Shown piece by piece: positions 29,912 to 40,609 of a DNA stretch of 64,000 nucleotides. The DNA comes from an uncultured Fibrobacterota bacterium (lineage in GTDB: Bacteria; Fibrobacterota; Chitinivibrionia; Chitinivibrionales; FEN-1185), in the NCBI GenBank assembly GCA_963753345.1, contig CAVWBU010000041.1, positions 225,323 to 289,322 on the forward strand, written 5' to 3'. The position numbers were made by a program, and so were the translations under genes. Position 1 is the first letter of the stretch; every line of letters starts with the position of its first letter. Under the pieces are notes generated by a model. It did no database searches. It saw only the letters and a program-made list of their open reading frames with translations, and was not told the origin of the DNA.

Positions 29912-31516
29912 CTACCTCACCAGAAAAAACGGCACGACGGTCCGTTGTTCGCCATGCTTCACCTGCGCAAAAAATATCCCCGTAAAAGCCGCGTCGTGCC
30001 ACACGGCAGCGTTGTTCACAACAGGCAATTGCGCAACCGACCTTCCCCGCACGTCCACAATTTCCAGGAGAGCCGTTTCACCAGAGACGGAAAATGTCAC
30101 CCGGGCGGCACGGGCACAGGCGGTCAGCCTCGACGGCGACCTCCGGGAGGGCGGCGCCGCAAAAGTGGCGTTCATCGGCCTTTGGCGGCAGTTGACAAAA
30201 AGGTTGAACGTGACCGTGTCCGCACCGCCGCTGTCGGAAACGAGGCACGCGACACGGAACACATACGCCGAATCGGCGGCAGGCGTCCACGAGAGCGTGC
30301 CGCTCGGGCCCAAGGCCATGCCGGAGGGAATTGACACGGGCGAGAACGCACGGCCGAGGGTGTCGCCGCGGACCGGAAGCCTGAAGACGAAAAGAGAGTC
30401 TTTCTTTGCATACTTGTCGTCGACAATGCAACGGAATTCGCCGCCGCCGGCCCTCACCCGGGCAGCGAGGTAATTGCCGCTGCCGTCCGGCGCAATCGCG
30501 ACAGCGCTGAACCCGGAATCGCCTTGAGGAATCGTCCAGTTCGTGTCTCCCGCGGAATTGATTTTTGCGATCACGCCGCCCGCAGCGATACATCCGTTGT
30601 CCGCCGTTTGCACCATTGAAAACGGGCCTGCGGCCCGGCCGCAGGTCTTTGTCCAGAGCGTGTCGCCGCCGGCGCCGAACTTGAAAAAACAGGCCGGCGT
30701 CATATCACCGCCGGCCGCGGCGAAGAAATTTCCGTCTGCCGCGTCCGCAATCGCGGATACGTCGCCCTCGATTGTCGGGAAAACCCTTGACCAAACGGTG
30801 TCACCCTCTTCGCCGATTCTCACCAAGAAAGCACGTTGCCCCGATGCCGCATCGGCATAGCCTCCGGCCACGAAACCCCCGCCTGAAACACGGGCCACCG
30901 CGCCCAGCACGCGGTGCTCGGGCCAGAAATACTGCTTTGTCCAGAGCGTGTCGCCGCTTGGGTTGATTTTAAGGAAACAGACGCCATACGCGCCGCCCGA
31001 GGCCGAAATGCCGGAAGCATCAGCGACAATAAGGAAATTCCCGTCTTGTGCGGCTGCAATGGCCTCGGGCCAGTGGAACACGGGCCACGTATAGGTTCTA
31101 ATCCAAAGCGTGTCGCCCTGCGGCGACACTTTCATGAGATAAATGCAGTTGCCCAAGAAGCTCGAGGTGTCGATCGCGCCTGCGGCAACGATGAAATTCC
31201 CTCCCCCAGCCGGGACCGCGGCGGTCGCGGCTCCCTGAAATTCGTAGGTTTGCGCCCATAAGGCCGCGCCGCCGGGCGCAAGCGAGAACAAATGAACATG
31301 ATGGAAGATATAGAGCCAGTACTCATTGATAAGGGTAAGCGAGTCGCCCGCGACAAGGAAGCTGTTGTCCGGCGCAGGGACAACGGCGTACGAAACGGCA
31401 TTGCCCATTCCGCCGAACTGCCTGACCCAGCCGGTCTGCGCGTTGTTGGTTTGCGGCGCGGAAAGCATCACGAGCGCAGCAAGAATAGCGTACGATAGGG
31501 CGGTAGGTTTTTTCAT
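29912..31516 (-). CDS. Secreted repeat (beta-propeller-like) protein with T9SS-like C-terminal domain
   Basis: Signal peptide; repeated GDTLW motifs; tail LEIVDVRGRSV...GIFFAQV. Confidence 0.8.
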   Translation of the reverse strand: MKKPTALSYAILAALVMLSAPQTNNAQTGWVRQFGGMGNAVSYAVVPAPDNSFLVAGDSLTLINEYWLYIFHHVHLFSLAPGGAALWAQTYEFQGAATAAVPAGGGNFIVAAGAIDTSSFLGNCIYLMKVSPQGDTLWIRTYTWPVFHWPEAIAAAQDGNFLIVADASGISASGGAYGVCFLKINPSGDTLWTKQYFWPEHRVLGAVARVSGGGFVAGGYADAASGQRAFLVRIGEEGDTVWSRVFPTIEGDVSAIADAADGNFFAAAGGDMTPACFFKFGAGGDTLWTKTCGRAAGPFSMVQTADNGCIAAGGVIAKINSAGDTNWTIPQGDSGFSAVAIAPDGSGNYLAARVRAGGGEFRCIVDDKYAKKDSLFVFRLPVRGDTLGRAFSPVSIPSGMALGPSGTLSWTPAADSAYVFRVACLVSDSGGADTVTFNLFVNCRQRPMNATFAAPPSRRSPSRLTACARAARVTFSVSGETALLEIVDVRGRSVAQLPVVNNAAVWHDAAFTGIFFAQVKHGEQRTVVPFFLVR

Positions 31517-31818
31517 GGATGGGTATTGGATTGACGTTTTGTCAACACAGCATGCAACAGCGCCGCCACCGTCCGAACCAGGTAAGAATATACAGTGCAC
31601 CGGGAAGACTTGTCAAACGGATAGGGAGCAAACGTTGCGGCCGTGCGCAAAACCGCCATTCCGCACAGGCTTGCCTAGGCGCTTGCTTGCTTTTCGGAAT
31701 TACCGGTGCTATATTGATCAAATCGATGGACTGGCCTCCGTTGCAGCTGGGCAACGTGAAAAGCAAGCAAGCAATCAAATGGTGATGCATTAACTCTTAT
31801 CCCGCCAAGAGTGAGATC

Positions 31819-34621
31819 ATGAGAGCAAGACGGCTTCCCTTTGCGATAATCGTCGCATTTGCTATTCTTGGCTTTTGTTCCATGCCGCGAGCAGACCTTC
31901 CAAACCTATGGTACTTCACACAGTCACAAGACGCAACGTCGAATCCAGGAAAACTGATACTCACCTACATGCCGAGGCTCACCGAAACTCCCCAGGCCGG
32001 TCCGTATCTTCTGTCGGCAGACGTGAGCTGGATCAACAACAGCATTGGCCAGCATTGCTCTACATCGCCCATGCAGCATGTTTCCGCGAACAATTTCAAG
32101 TTTTCCATCGACGCAGGGCCGGGAGATACCATTGACTACTTTTTCACCCAGCATTGGGTAGGTGAGCCCCAAAGTTTCTATGGCTGGATTCCCTCTCACC
32201 AGTGCACGAACTCAACCGACACCAAGTGGTTCACCTACGTTATGGGCACAGGATTCGAACCCATGCCCACATGGCCCCTCATCGTGGAGGGAAGCGGACG
32301 CTTTCGCAACATGCCCCGAAGACGAATGGAGCTTTGATAATTTTTCCGGAAACTATTTCCAGAACACTGCTTTTAATTACAGGCTCATCGACTGGGGTGA
32401 TTCTCTCATGGTCTTCCTGTTCCCCAGCGAGCCCACAAGCGGGTCGAATGGCCGGTTCTGCGGCATGTCGGGATATGACACGCTCTGCGATCATGACGCA
32501 TATGCCGACAACCGAGGTTCCGGTGACAGCGTCCTTCCCGGTGGCGTGTTCAATCAGCCCACAAACATTCCCAACGCCGGCATGACCACGAACCCGTTCC
32601 AGGTGAATTGGAACGGAACTGGTTATAATCTGAACTGGTACGTCTGGATGGTCCGTTATGTCTGCTACGGGCAGTATATCGACTTCGAATTGTCTGCGGC
32701 ACGTACCCTTTCCGGCGGCCAGCTCTATTATTCCGAGCCTCAACGCTATTACATCGGGCTTGGAAAGATCGGCCATAAGTTCCAGCATCCTTGGGCAAAT
32801 CCAGCCGGTGATGCATCGATCAACACCGTCACCTTTCCCCAGTTCGCGTTGTCGCAACATGTCCGGAATGCCATTGCGGGCCGTTCTTCAGCCTTTATGA
32901 AGGGGAAAGCGCTTTTCGACACAGACTGGGGAACAGGCATGGTCTACAACTATGCCAGCCCATTCGACTGCAATGGCTCGCCCATGAGTTTCCAAGACAC
33001 TGTGCACAGCCCGTTTTTCAAACCGACCATGCGGGGACCAATATACAGGAAGGCAGCCTGTTTCAACTGCCATTTTGAGATGGGCAAAGGATATCCCGAT
33101 GACATGTTTGGAAGCGACCCCAACATCAAGCACGGTTTGTTCACCCCTTTCGAAGTCGTCAATGCCGATGGCTCCCTTGGCGGCCATCCCGTGTTCGGTG
33201 GTTCCCTCGAAACATCAGCCACCCCGCCTGCGGTGCCCCAGGGACAGCTTAACGTCACGTGGGATTCGGTTCCAGGAAAGTACGCCGATGGCACGCCATT
33301 CATGCTTCGGAAGCCGCGCTATTACTTTAGCGATCTTGGCTGGGGCGTAGACTCCATCGACCTGTCGAAAGTCAGGATTTCTCCCCGGTACATCATCAAC
33401 CTGACCGGCCTGGGAATGCTGGAAGCGATCGACGAAAACACCATTCTTTCTTTTGTCAATCTGCCGGGAAAGGCCTTCACCGGTATAGGTGGAATAGCAA
33501 ACCGCGTCGACGACGGTTTCACCGGACCCAATTCGCTCGGCAGATTCGGCTGGAAAGCCGATGTTACAAACCTCAGGACCGAAGTCTATGCTTCTGTTGC
33601 CGGGGATGTGGGCATTTCGAACATCTATTTCACTAATGAACCATATATGAACCAGAGCCCGAATCCGCCGGAGATGTCGGTGGAAGTCATGGACACCTTG
33701 CGGACGTACCTATCTCTTTTGGCACCTCCTCCGCGGCAGTTGGGAAAGGGATACATCACTTTTGAGCCTCCAAGTAACAATGCCGCCGAAGGCGGAGCAA
33801 CATGGCTCCAGGGTTACCAAGGACAGACCTTCGAGGAGATCTGGACAGACCCATCCGCCATACGCGGGAAGGACCTTTTCAGCGAGGCCAAATGCGACCT
33901 GTGTCATATTCCCGCGATGAGGACCGGAACAAAGCAATCCAATCCCTTGATACAATTCAGCGAACTTGAGAACCTCGAGATCCAGCCGTTTACCGACATG
34001 CTGATTCACGACATGGGACCGGAAGAAAGTGACACTGGTGGACCCACCAATGGGTATGTATCAGGTCTTGCCGGACCGAGCTTTTGGCGTACTTCTCCGC
34101 TTTGGGGAGAATTGTATTATCCCTATTCAAACAAAGTGGCTCTTCTCATGCACGACGGAAGGGCAAGGGGCATTGCGGAAGCCATCCTCTGGCATTTCGG
34201 CGAGGGAACGTATTCGCGCAACAAATTCCTCACCATGACTGCCCAACAGCGGGCAGACCTCATCCGTTACACCGAGTTGCCTTTTGCAGACCGCCTGGAG
34301 AAGAACGGCATGTCTACTTCGGTGAAAGGCGCGCGACAGGCAGGACTGCTGAAGACCGGCGTAATGCCATCGATCGCGTGCTATCCCAACCCGATCCGGA
34401 GAGTTGCTACGCTGCGGCTTCAGAACATGGTGGGCGCAAGCGGCGGCAGGATTCTCGTATCCGTCTACAACATGCAGGGAAAACGAGTGTTCTCGCAGGC
34501 CGTTGGTTTGGGCCAGTCGGTGGTGACGTGGAACACTTCCAGATGCGGGGCAGGAAAGTACCTTGCCACGGTTGCAGCGTACGGAAAGCTCTACACAAAA
34601 GACCTTCTGGTGATGAAATAG
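31819..34621 (+). CDS. Secreted di-heme oxidoreductase-family protein with T9SS-like tail; one frameshift near 32315
   Basis: ORFs 31819-32337 and 32162-34621 join; CFNCH and CDLCH, GRFGWKA, PFTDMLIHDMG, WRTSPLWG, MHDGRARGIAEAILWH. Confidence 0.82.
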
Positions 34622-34738
34622 AGTCCGCTTGATTTTGAGATCGGGCCAACACATTCGCGGCCAGCCGTTTCACTAAAACGTTTTTTTTCAAATCAGAGGA
34701 TCAATCCAGATTGCTAATTGAGAATTGGCGTGCGGCCT

Positions 34739-35245
34739 ATGATACAAATAAGGTCTGCGGAAAAATCGGACAAGAAGACCATAGACGGGATACTGGCTTC
34801 CTCCTTTACGCGTATCTACGCCTATTACGCAAAAAAATCATTTGCCAGCCTCGAAAACGCCCTGGTTGCCGTAAACGATGGAGAAGTCGTCGGGGTCATT
34901 AATTGGCGCGTGTATGCCGTCCCCACAATAACCATAGGTTACCTTTTTTGGCTTGCCGTGCTTCCCGGCCATAGAAGAAAGGGAATAGGATTGGACCTTA
35001 CCAATCGGGCCATACAAATCATCTATGAGAAAAACGGGCCGATTGACATTTACACTGCCGCAGAGAAGAAAAATGAAATTTCACAAAATCTGGCGGAACA
35101 AGAGGACTTTGCCATGGTCGACAAGAAGAAAATAAGGCGGCACTATGGCAAAAACTATGCGGCCCTTTTCGGCGATATGATGGTGATGCCGTGGGAATGC
35201 CTTTATGTAAAGCACCCCGATGCTGTGGCGCCAAGGGCGCTGTAG
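34739..35245 (+). CDS. GNAT acetyltransferase
   Basis: LAVLPGHRRKGIG acetyl-CoA motif. Confidence 0.85.
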   Translation: MIQIRSAEKSDKKTIDGILASSFTRIYAYYAKKSFASLENALVAVNDGEVVGVINWRVYAVPTITIGYLFWLAVLPGHRRKGIGLDLTNRAIQIIYEKNGPIDIYTAAEKKNEISQNLAEQEDFAMVDKKKIRRHYGKNYAALFGDMMVMPWECLYVKHPDAVAPRAL

Positions 35246-35266
35246 AGCTCACCTTTCGTGTTCGGT
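35236..35266 (-). repeat. Degenerate 5S rRNA fragment
   Basis: ggcgctgtagagctcacctttcgtgttcggt vs 5S ggcgcggcggagcttaactgccgtgttcggt; shares the acctttc variant with the 43574 copy. Confidence 0.6.
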
Positions 35267-35351
35267 AGAGGACCTCAATAGAACCTGGATCACAGATCCA
35301 GGCCACACGGTAAGTCTTGAGGTTCTGGCGATAGGATCACGCAGGCCACCC

Positions 35352-35393
35352 GCCCGGCGGCGACTTGCTCTCCTGCCGGGGTACCCGTGCAGT
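35352..35393 (-). repeat. Degenerate 5S rRNA 3' fragment, truncated by a MITE
   Basis: ggcggcgacttgctctcctgccggggtacccgtgcagt vs 5S ggcggcgacctactctcccgcacagttgcccatgcagt. Confidence 0.7.
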
Positions 35394-35557
35394 TGAAGAA
35401 CCCCGCCCCAAGTGGCGGGGATTCTTCCATAGCTAAGGAAATGGAATAACAAATATTCGCCCGCTAACCCCGCGCCACCACGACTACGCCTGCATACATA
35501 CTACAGGAGTAGCCGCGTAAGCGAACTCGCGGGGAATGCGCGGGCTGTGCTATTCAA
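35393..35557. mobile_element. Non-autonomous IS200/IS605-like element, copy 1
   Basis: TTGAA...TTCAA ends, two subterminal GC hairpins; second copy at 43017-43135. Confidence 0.65.
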
Positions 35558-36402
35558 TGGACCGGCAGCACAATGGATGAAATTCCTGTCTGCAAATGCA
35601 CCCGTATGAAATAGATCCCCGGCCCAAGAATATTCTTTCCGATCACGCACGGCGACGACAAAACAGGCAGGCAATAAACGGTTTCTCCCTGCCCGTTGAC
35701 AATTTCCAAACGGCCCTTGCCTTCACCAAAACCTGAAATCACATACCCTTGCCCGGCTGTTGAAATATGAAGCGCATTCCGGTACCCTGCAGCGCCCCTT
35801 GCAGGGACTGCCGTTCCTGTCAGAGTATTGCCAAAGGTCACTTGAATGCTGTCATAGACAGTGGAAGTACCCCACGGGCAAGTCGGATTCCTGGAAAATA
35901 TTCTACCTATTTTTAGAGGAACATATCGCAAAGAAAGGTAATAGTTAAATCCTGTACGAAAAACGAGGAGACGTGTGTAAAGCGAATCCGCGCCGCCCGG
36001 AACAAGGCCGTAAGGGCCAATAAGAGTGCCTGATGAAATGGGACAACCGCCTGATACAGACCCGGAACATTTTACAAAAAGATTCGTGTCCGCCAGCTTC
36101 GCAGTATCGCCTTTGTAGTCGCTGTAATCCATTGCATGCCTTGACACGTAAAAGGGCCTTCCCGACGTGGCAGTAATGGCCGGGCAGCAGAAGCACATGC
36201 AGGTGCAGCCTTCGAAGTAGCTCCAATAGAAATCAATGCTGTCGGACGGGCATGACGGGGGATTCGAAGAAAGGGTATAGGAAAAATCATTTGGGGGCAC
36301 CGGACTAAAGCTCATTCCTGAAGAGTTCGGCAGGGTAACCGTACCGGCATAGGAAGAAACAAAGAGGGTTGCCGCAAGAATAATCCCTTGAATAATACGC
36401 AT
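35554..36402 (-). CDS. Secreted Cys-rich protein with T9SS-like tail
   Basis: GGAG RBS, MRIIQGIILAATLFVSSYA; CTCMCFCC; tail LEIVNGQGETV...PGIYFIRV. Confidence 0.78.
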   Translation of the reverse strand: MRIIQGIILAATLFVSSYAGTVTLPNSSGMSFSPVPPNDFSYTLSSNPPSCPSDSIDFYWSYFEGCTCMCFCCPAITATSGRPFYVSRHAMDYSDYKGDTAKLADTNLFVKCSGSVSGGCPISSGTLIGPYGLVPGGADSLYTRLLVFRTGFNYYLSLRYVPLKIGRIFSRNPTCPWGTSTVYDSIQVTFGNTLTGTAVPARGAAGYRNALHISTAGQGYVISGFGEGKGRLEIVNGQGETVYCLPVLSSPCVIGKNILGPGIYFIRVHLQTGISSIVLPVH

Positions 36403-36629
36403 GGGTATCTCCCCGTTGAGTGACGAGAACGCCGCACCGACGCACGGCATATCCGCGTCCCGTAGTCGCGAGCGTCATGCCGCACGTACGGAACGTTTCT
36501 GTCTCTAATATAAAGTGAATGGCGCTTCGATGCAACAGAAACAGAACACAAACCCAAGAAAAGGTTTTCTGGCAGAAAACATTATTGTTGATGGATGGCG
36601 GTGGGATTTACTGCTCGTTGGGATCAAGT

Positions 36630-36696
36630 AAAAACCCCCGCCTCTTTTCAGAAACGGGGGCCTAAATTTAATCTACCGACAACTTACTCTCACACA
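36630..36696 (-). repeat. Copy of the rrn terminator plus degenerate 5S 3' end
   Basis: aaaacccccgcctcttttcagaaacgggggcctaaatttaatct nearly equals 46331-46374; then accgacaacttactctcacaca vs ggcggcgacctactctcccgca. Confidence 0.8.
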
Positions 36697-36711
36697 GGCA
36701 TGATTGAACGT

Positions 36712-39499
36712 CTAATTCCTCATCAGCACTACGCGCTTGACCGCCACCTGGCTGCCGGCGGCGGAGAGGCGGACGAAATACACGCCGTTGCTGTGCGACT
36801 GATCGGACAGCGAAATCGGGTGCCAGCCCGCACCGCAGCGGCTGCCGGAAATTTTCTTCACTATCCTTCCGTTGGCGCCGAGAATTTCAACCGAGACGAA
36901 TGATGGTTGACTGATGAAATACCGGATCATCCGGCCGTCGGTCTCGATAATGCATTCCGGACGCACCATGTGCGTCGGCAGTCCGAGATGGGTGCCTACC
37001 GGAGTGTCGAAAATCGGCACTTGAATAACGGGTGCAACAACATTGTAGGAGGCAGTGCCCTGGACAAGCCCCGGCGACGTCGCAGTTACCGTCACCGTCC
37101 CGGTTGTAAAGGTGGAAAGCACGGCTACTTTGCACATGCCGCCCTGTGCGGAAAGCTCGGGGTCGCCCGGGGCGTGGACCGTGATGGCGCCCGCCTTGAC
37201 GTCGCCGTCCGCGCCGCCGCGGTACGTGCCCGGCCCGGAAACGGCAAAGGTGATGTAGTGGCTGTCGGTGGGGCACCAGTTGCCAAGCGCGTCGACCACC
37301 GTGGCAAGAATGAACGCCGCGTCGGAGCCGTTGGCCGTAATCTGGAATGCGGTGCCGTCGGGTTTCACCAGCGGCGGTTCAACGGTCAGGAGAATATGGT
37401 CGGGATTTCCGGCGGTTACCTTCTGGTCGGAACAGACGAGGATTGTTGTTCGCGTCAAGTCCTTCGGCGAGCAGCGTTCCGGAGGCCCAGGTCACGTTCC
37501 ATTGACATTGCGCAGGCATGCTGCCGCCCACCGCGGGAACCACCGGGTTGCCCTGCTGCTGGCCGTTGATTGACAAGCGCACTTTGGGACAGTTGCTGAA
37601 GGCATTCACCGTTACCGCGCCGGAGCGGTTCCAGTGGTTTGCAAGGCTCACAACCGGCTTCACCGAAAACGGCATCCAGTTTGCCTGGTAGATCTTTGCC
37701 AGCATTTTGGGAATGCGGTTGTGGTCGAACATGGCTTCCTGGAATCCTCTGCCGAGCCCGTCTTCACCCGGCGTTTCGGAAAAATACCAATGCGCCAGGC
37801 CGAAACATTTTGCCTGTTGATAGCCGTACCAGTTCTGAACAAATACCTGGGCGAAACTGAGTTCGTTATCGTAGTCCCAGCGATAGCATCGATGCGTATA
37901 ATCCCACTCCTCCGCGCCCCATATCGGAGTTGTTGCATTGCCGTTTTTAAACCCGATCCCGCACCCCAGGCCGGAGCACGACCATACTTCGGCAATGTTG
38001 TTCGTGGCCGCATCGCCGTATCCCCGGTCCGACATCGGGTGGTAACTTATCGGGTCCCAGACCTTCTGGATGCTGTCGCGCAGATATTGCTCAAAGGTCT
38101 TGTCGATGGGGCCGTTGCTGACTTCCCACGAGAGGATCGAAGGGTTGTTACGGTCACGGATAATCATGTCGCGGTGGCATTCGGACTTGAGCACCCTCTT
38201 GTACCCGGTATCCGGACCGGCAGTGATCTGGCTGGTGGCGAAGTTCCCCTCAAGTTCGCCGCTTGGCTGCATGAGCATGATGCCGTATGCGTCGCAGGCC
38301 GCCGTGAATTCCGGGCTGCCGGTGGAGTGGCCGGGACGCCAGAGCCTGCCGCCGTATTGTGAGCATATTTTCGCGTCGCGCCACTGCTGTTCCTCGGGAA
38401 CCGCGGTGGCCAGCGCGGGATAATCGTAGCGCGAACCAACGCCCCACATCTGATGCGCATGGCCGTTGATGACCGGCATCCCGTTGTTGTCCCAGGTTAC
38501 GGTGCGGATGCCCAGCGGGCTCTTGAACGCGTCGACGGTGGTGCCGCCGACCTGGACAATGTGATAAACCTTGTACATGTACGGTCCGCCGTAGGTGCTG
38601 GCGGCCGGATACCACAGATGCGGATTGGAAACAGTGTGGGTCTGGTCGAACACATAGCTCTTGCCTGCGGCTATGGACTGCGTGCTCGTCTGCGAGGACA
38701 CTATCGCGTTTGAAGCGTCCACGATCTCGGTAACAAGCGTGGCATTCTGCGCGGTGGTGTACTCGTTTTGCACATGGGTCATCACGCGCACCGTAGCGGA
38801 GGCGTCGCTTGCCGCTGTCGCGCCGACGCAGGTTCCCCAGTTATTGACAACAGAGTAAACGTTGGCGGGTATATACAGTTTGTCGGTGATGTGCATCCAC
38901 ACCGGCCGCCACAATCCGTAACAGCCCTGGCCGAACCGGAAATCGTAGGAAAAGGTCGGCGTGGAGAAGAACGGCCCGCCGTCTCCGATACGCACCGCCA
39001 GCACGTTGTCCGCGCCGCCGAAAACGACATAGGGGGTAAGGTCGACGATGACGGGCAAAAATCCCACCACATGCGTCGCGTTGGGGTTTCTCCCGCTGTT
39101 GCCTTTAATCAAGCTGTCGTTTATATAGACCTGCATCCCGATATGCGACGCCTCGAACTCAACGAATATCTTCCTGTTGGAAAAACTCTGGTCGAGGGAG
39201 AAGTGCTTCCGGTACCAGGAGAGTCCGCCCATGTTCGGAGCCGGCCCGCCGGCAGCCGTGTTGACGTAAATGTCGTTTTCATTCCATGTGTGCGGCAACC
39301 CGACGGTAGTCCATGCTGCGTCGTTTAGCCCCACGGTCTGGCCATTCAGCGCATCGCCCCTGGTAAACTTCCACGGTGTTGCCCCGAAGTTGATTTTCAG
39401 CCTGTTGCCCTGGTCGGGTGCGGAGCCTTGTGCCTGTAAAGATGTGATTGACAATACAAGGACGGCGAGGATGGATACAAAGAACTTTTGGTGATTCAT
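36712..39499 (-). CDS. Glycoside hydrolase family 2 with T9SS-like tail; one frameshift near 37440
   Basis: WYRKHF, PHLWYP, GIRTVTW, IRDRNNPSILSWEVSN, NAFSNCPKVRL; ORFs 37379-39499 and 36712-37458 join. Confidence 0.88.
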
Positions 39500-39894
39500 G
39501 AAGTCTCCCCCTTGAATGTTAATCGTTTAAAATCATCTGATGATGAATTATTCATAGCTTGTTTAGCATGACGAAATAAGCGCCTGTCTCTTACAAGAGA
39601 ATATAAGGTATCTTGCTATTTTTGTCAATAGCGGTAAAGGATTTGGCATCAAACGGTGAGATATCCGCAGAGGTGTTCAGGGTGAACGTGTATGGATTTT
39701 TCAGGGAACAGCGCGCCACGGTCATCGCTTCGACACTTCGATAAACTCAGTGCATCGCTTCGCTCAGTGCAGGTCCTGATCGTGCACCGTTTGCAAAGAG
39801 TATTTCCGAGGACGACAGTTGAACAAATTTTTTCATTATTGGTCACCCAGGGCACCCGTGCGTTGCTTAAGCTTTCGAATTAGGAGACGAACTC

Positions 39895-39923
39895 TTGACA
39901 TGGTCATTTAGAATGACTATATT
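39895..39923 (+). promoter_or_regulatory. TA promoter TTGACA-17-TATATT containing inverted repeat GTCATT-N3-AATGAC (likely operator)
   Basis: Read directly, about 30 nt upstream of the antitoxin ATG. Confidence 0.75.
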
Positions 39924-39951
39924 ATAACAACAAGCGATAAAAGGGGCGATT

Positions 39952-40185
39952 ATGAAAACAATGGCCATCAGCTCATTCAAGGCGCATGCCTTGCGGGTCA
40001 TCGATGAGGTCTCAAGGACGCATGAGGGGATCGTGATTACCAAACGGGACAAGGCAATGGCGGAATTGCTGCCCTATCGGACCAAAAACAAGACCCCAGT
40101 CCCCGGGAGACTGTCATCCGCGCTTGTACACGAAGGGGACATTGTTTCTCCCCTGGGCTGCTCCTTATGGGAATCCTGCAAATGA
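39952..40185 (+). CDS. Phd/YefM family antitoxin
   Basis: ISSFKAHALRVIDEV...IVITKRDK. Confidence 0.88.
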   Translation: MKTMAISSFKAHALRVIDEVSRTHEGIVITKRDKAMAELLPYRTKNKTPVPGRLSSALVHEGDIVSPLGCSLWESCK

Positions 40186-40580
40186 AATACCTGCTTGATA
40201 CCCACGTCTGGATCTGGTGGAACATGAATCCGGGGCAATTATCCCGAAAAGCAAAAAAGCTCATCGCGTACAGCGGTAATTACGACGAACTCCTGTTGTC
40301 CGCGATTTCTCCCTGGGAACTCTGCAAATTGATTGAAAAGAAGCGGCTTGCCGTCGCTTGCGATCCTGAGGAATGGATGAGGATCGCATTGGACATGCCG
40401 AAACTGAGGTTGGTTCCGCTGACACCCGCTATAGCTTACAAATCCACAGTCCTGCCGGGAAATCCTCATGATGATCCGGCGGACCAGATTATTGTTGCGA
40501 CCGCGCGCGAAGAGAACGCCGTCGTGATCTCCAAAAATGAAAGGATCAGAAATTGCAAGGATGTAAAAAGCGTCTGGTAG
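40182..40580 (+). CDS. vapC: VapC PIN toxin
   Basis: YLLDTHVWIW, SAISPWE, HDDPADQIIVATA; ATGA overlap with antitoxin. Confidence 0.88.
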   Translation: MKYLLDTHVWIWWNMNPGQLSRKAKKLIAYSGNYDELLLSAISPWELCKLIEKKRLAVACDPEEWMRIALDMPKLRLVPLTPAIAYKSTVLPGNPHDDPADQIIVATAREENAVVISKNERIRNCKDVKSVW

Positions 40581-40609
40581 TCGCACCTCCAATAACGAAA
40601 CAGGAGAAT

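Noticed and set aside
39725-39780. Short palindromic motifs here and at 63113-63131
   Set aside because: They resemble common REP-like palindromes, but single copies in the window allow no further claim
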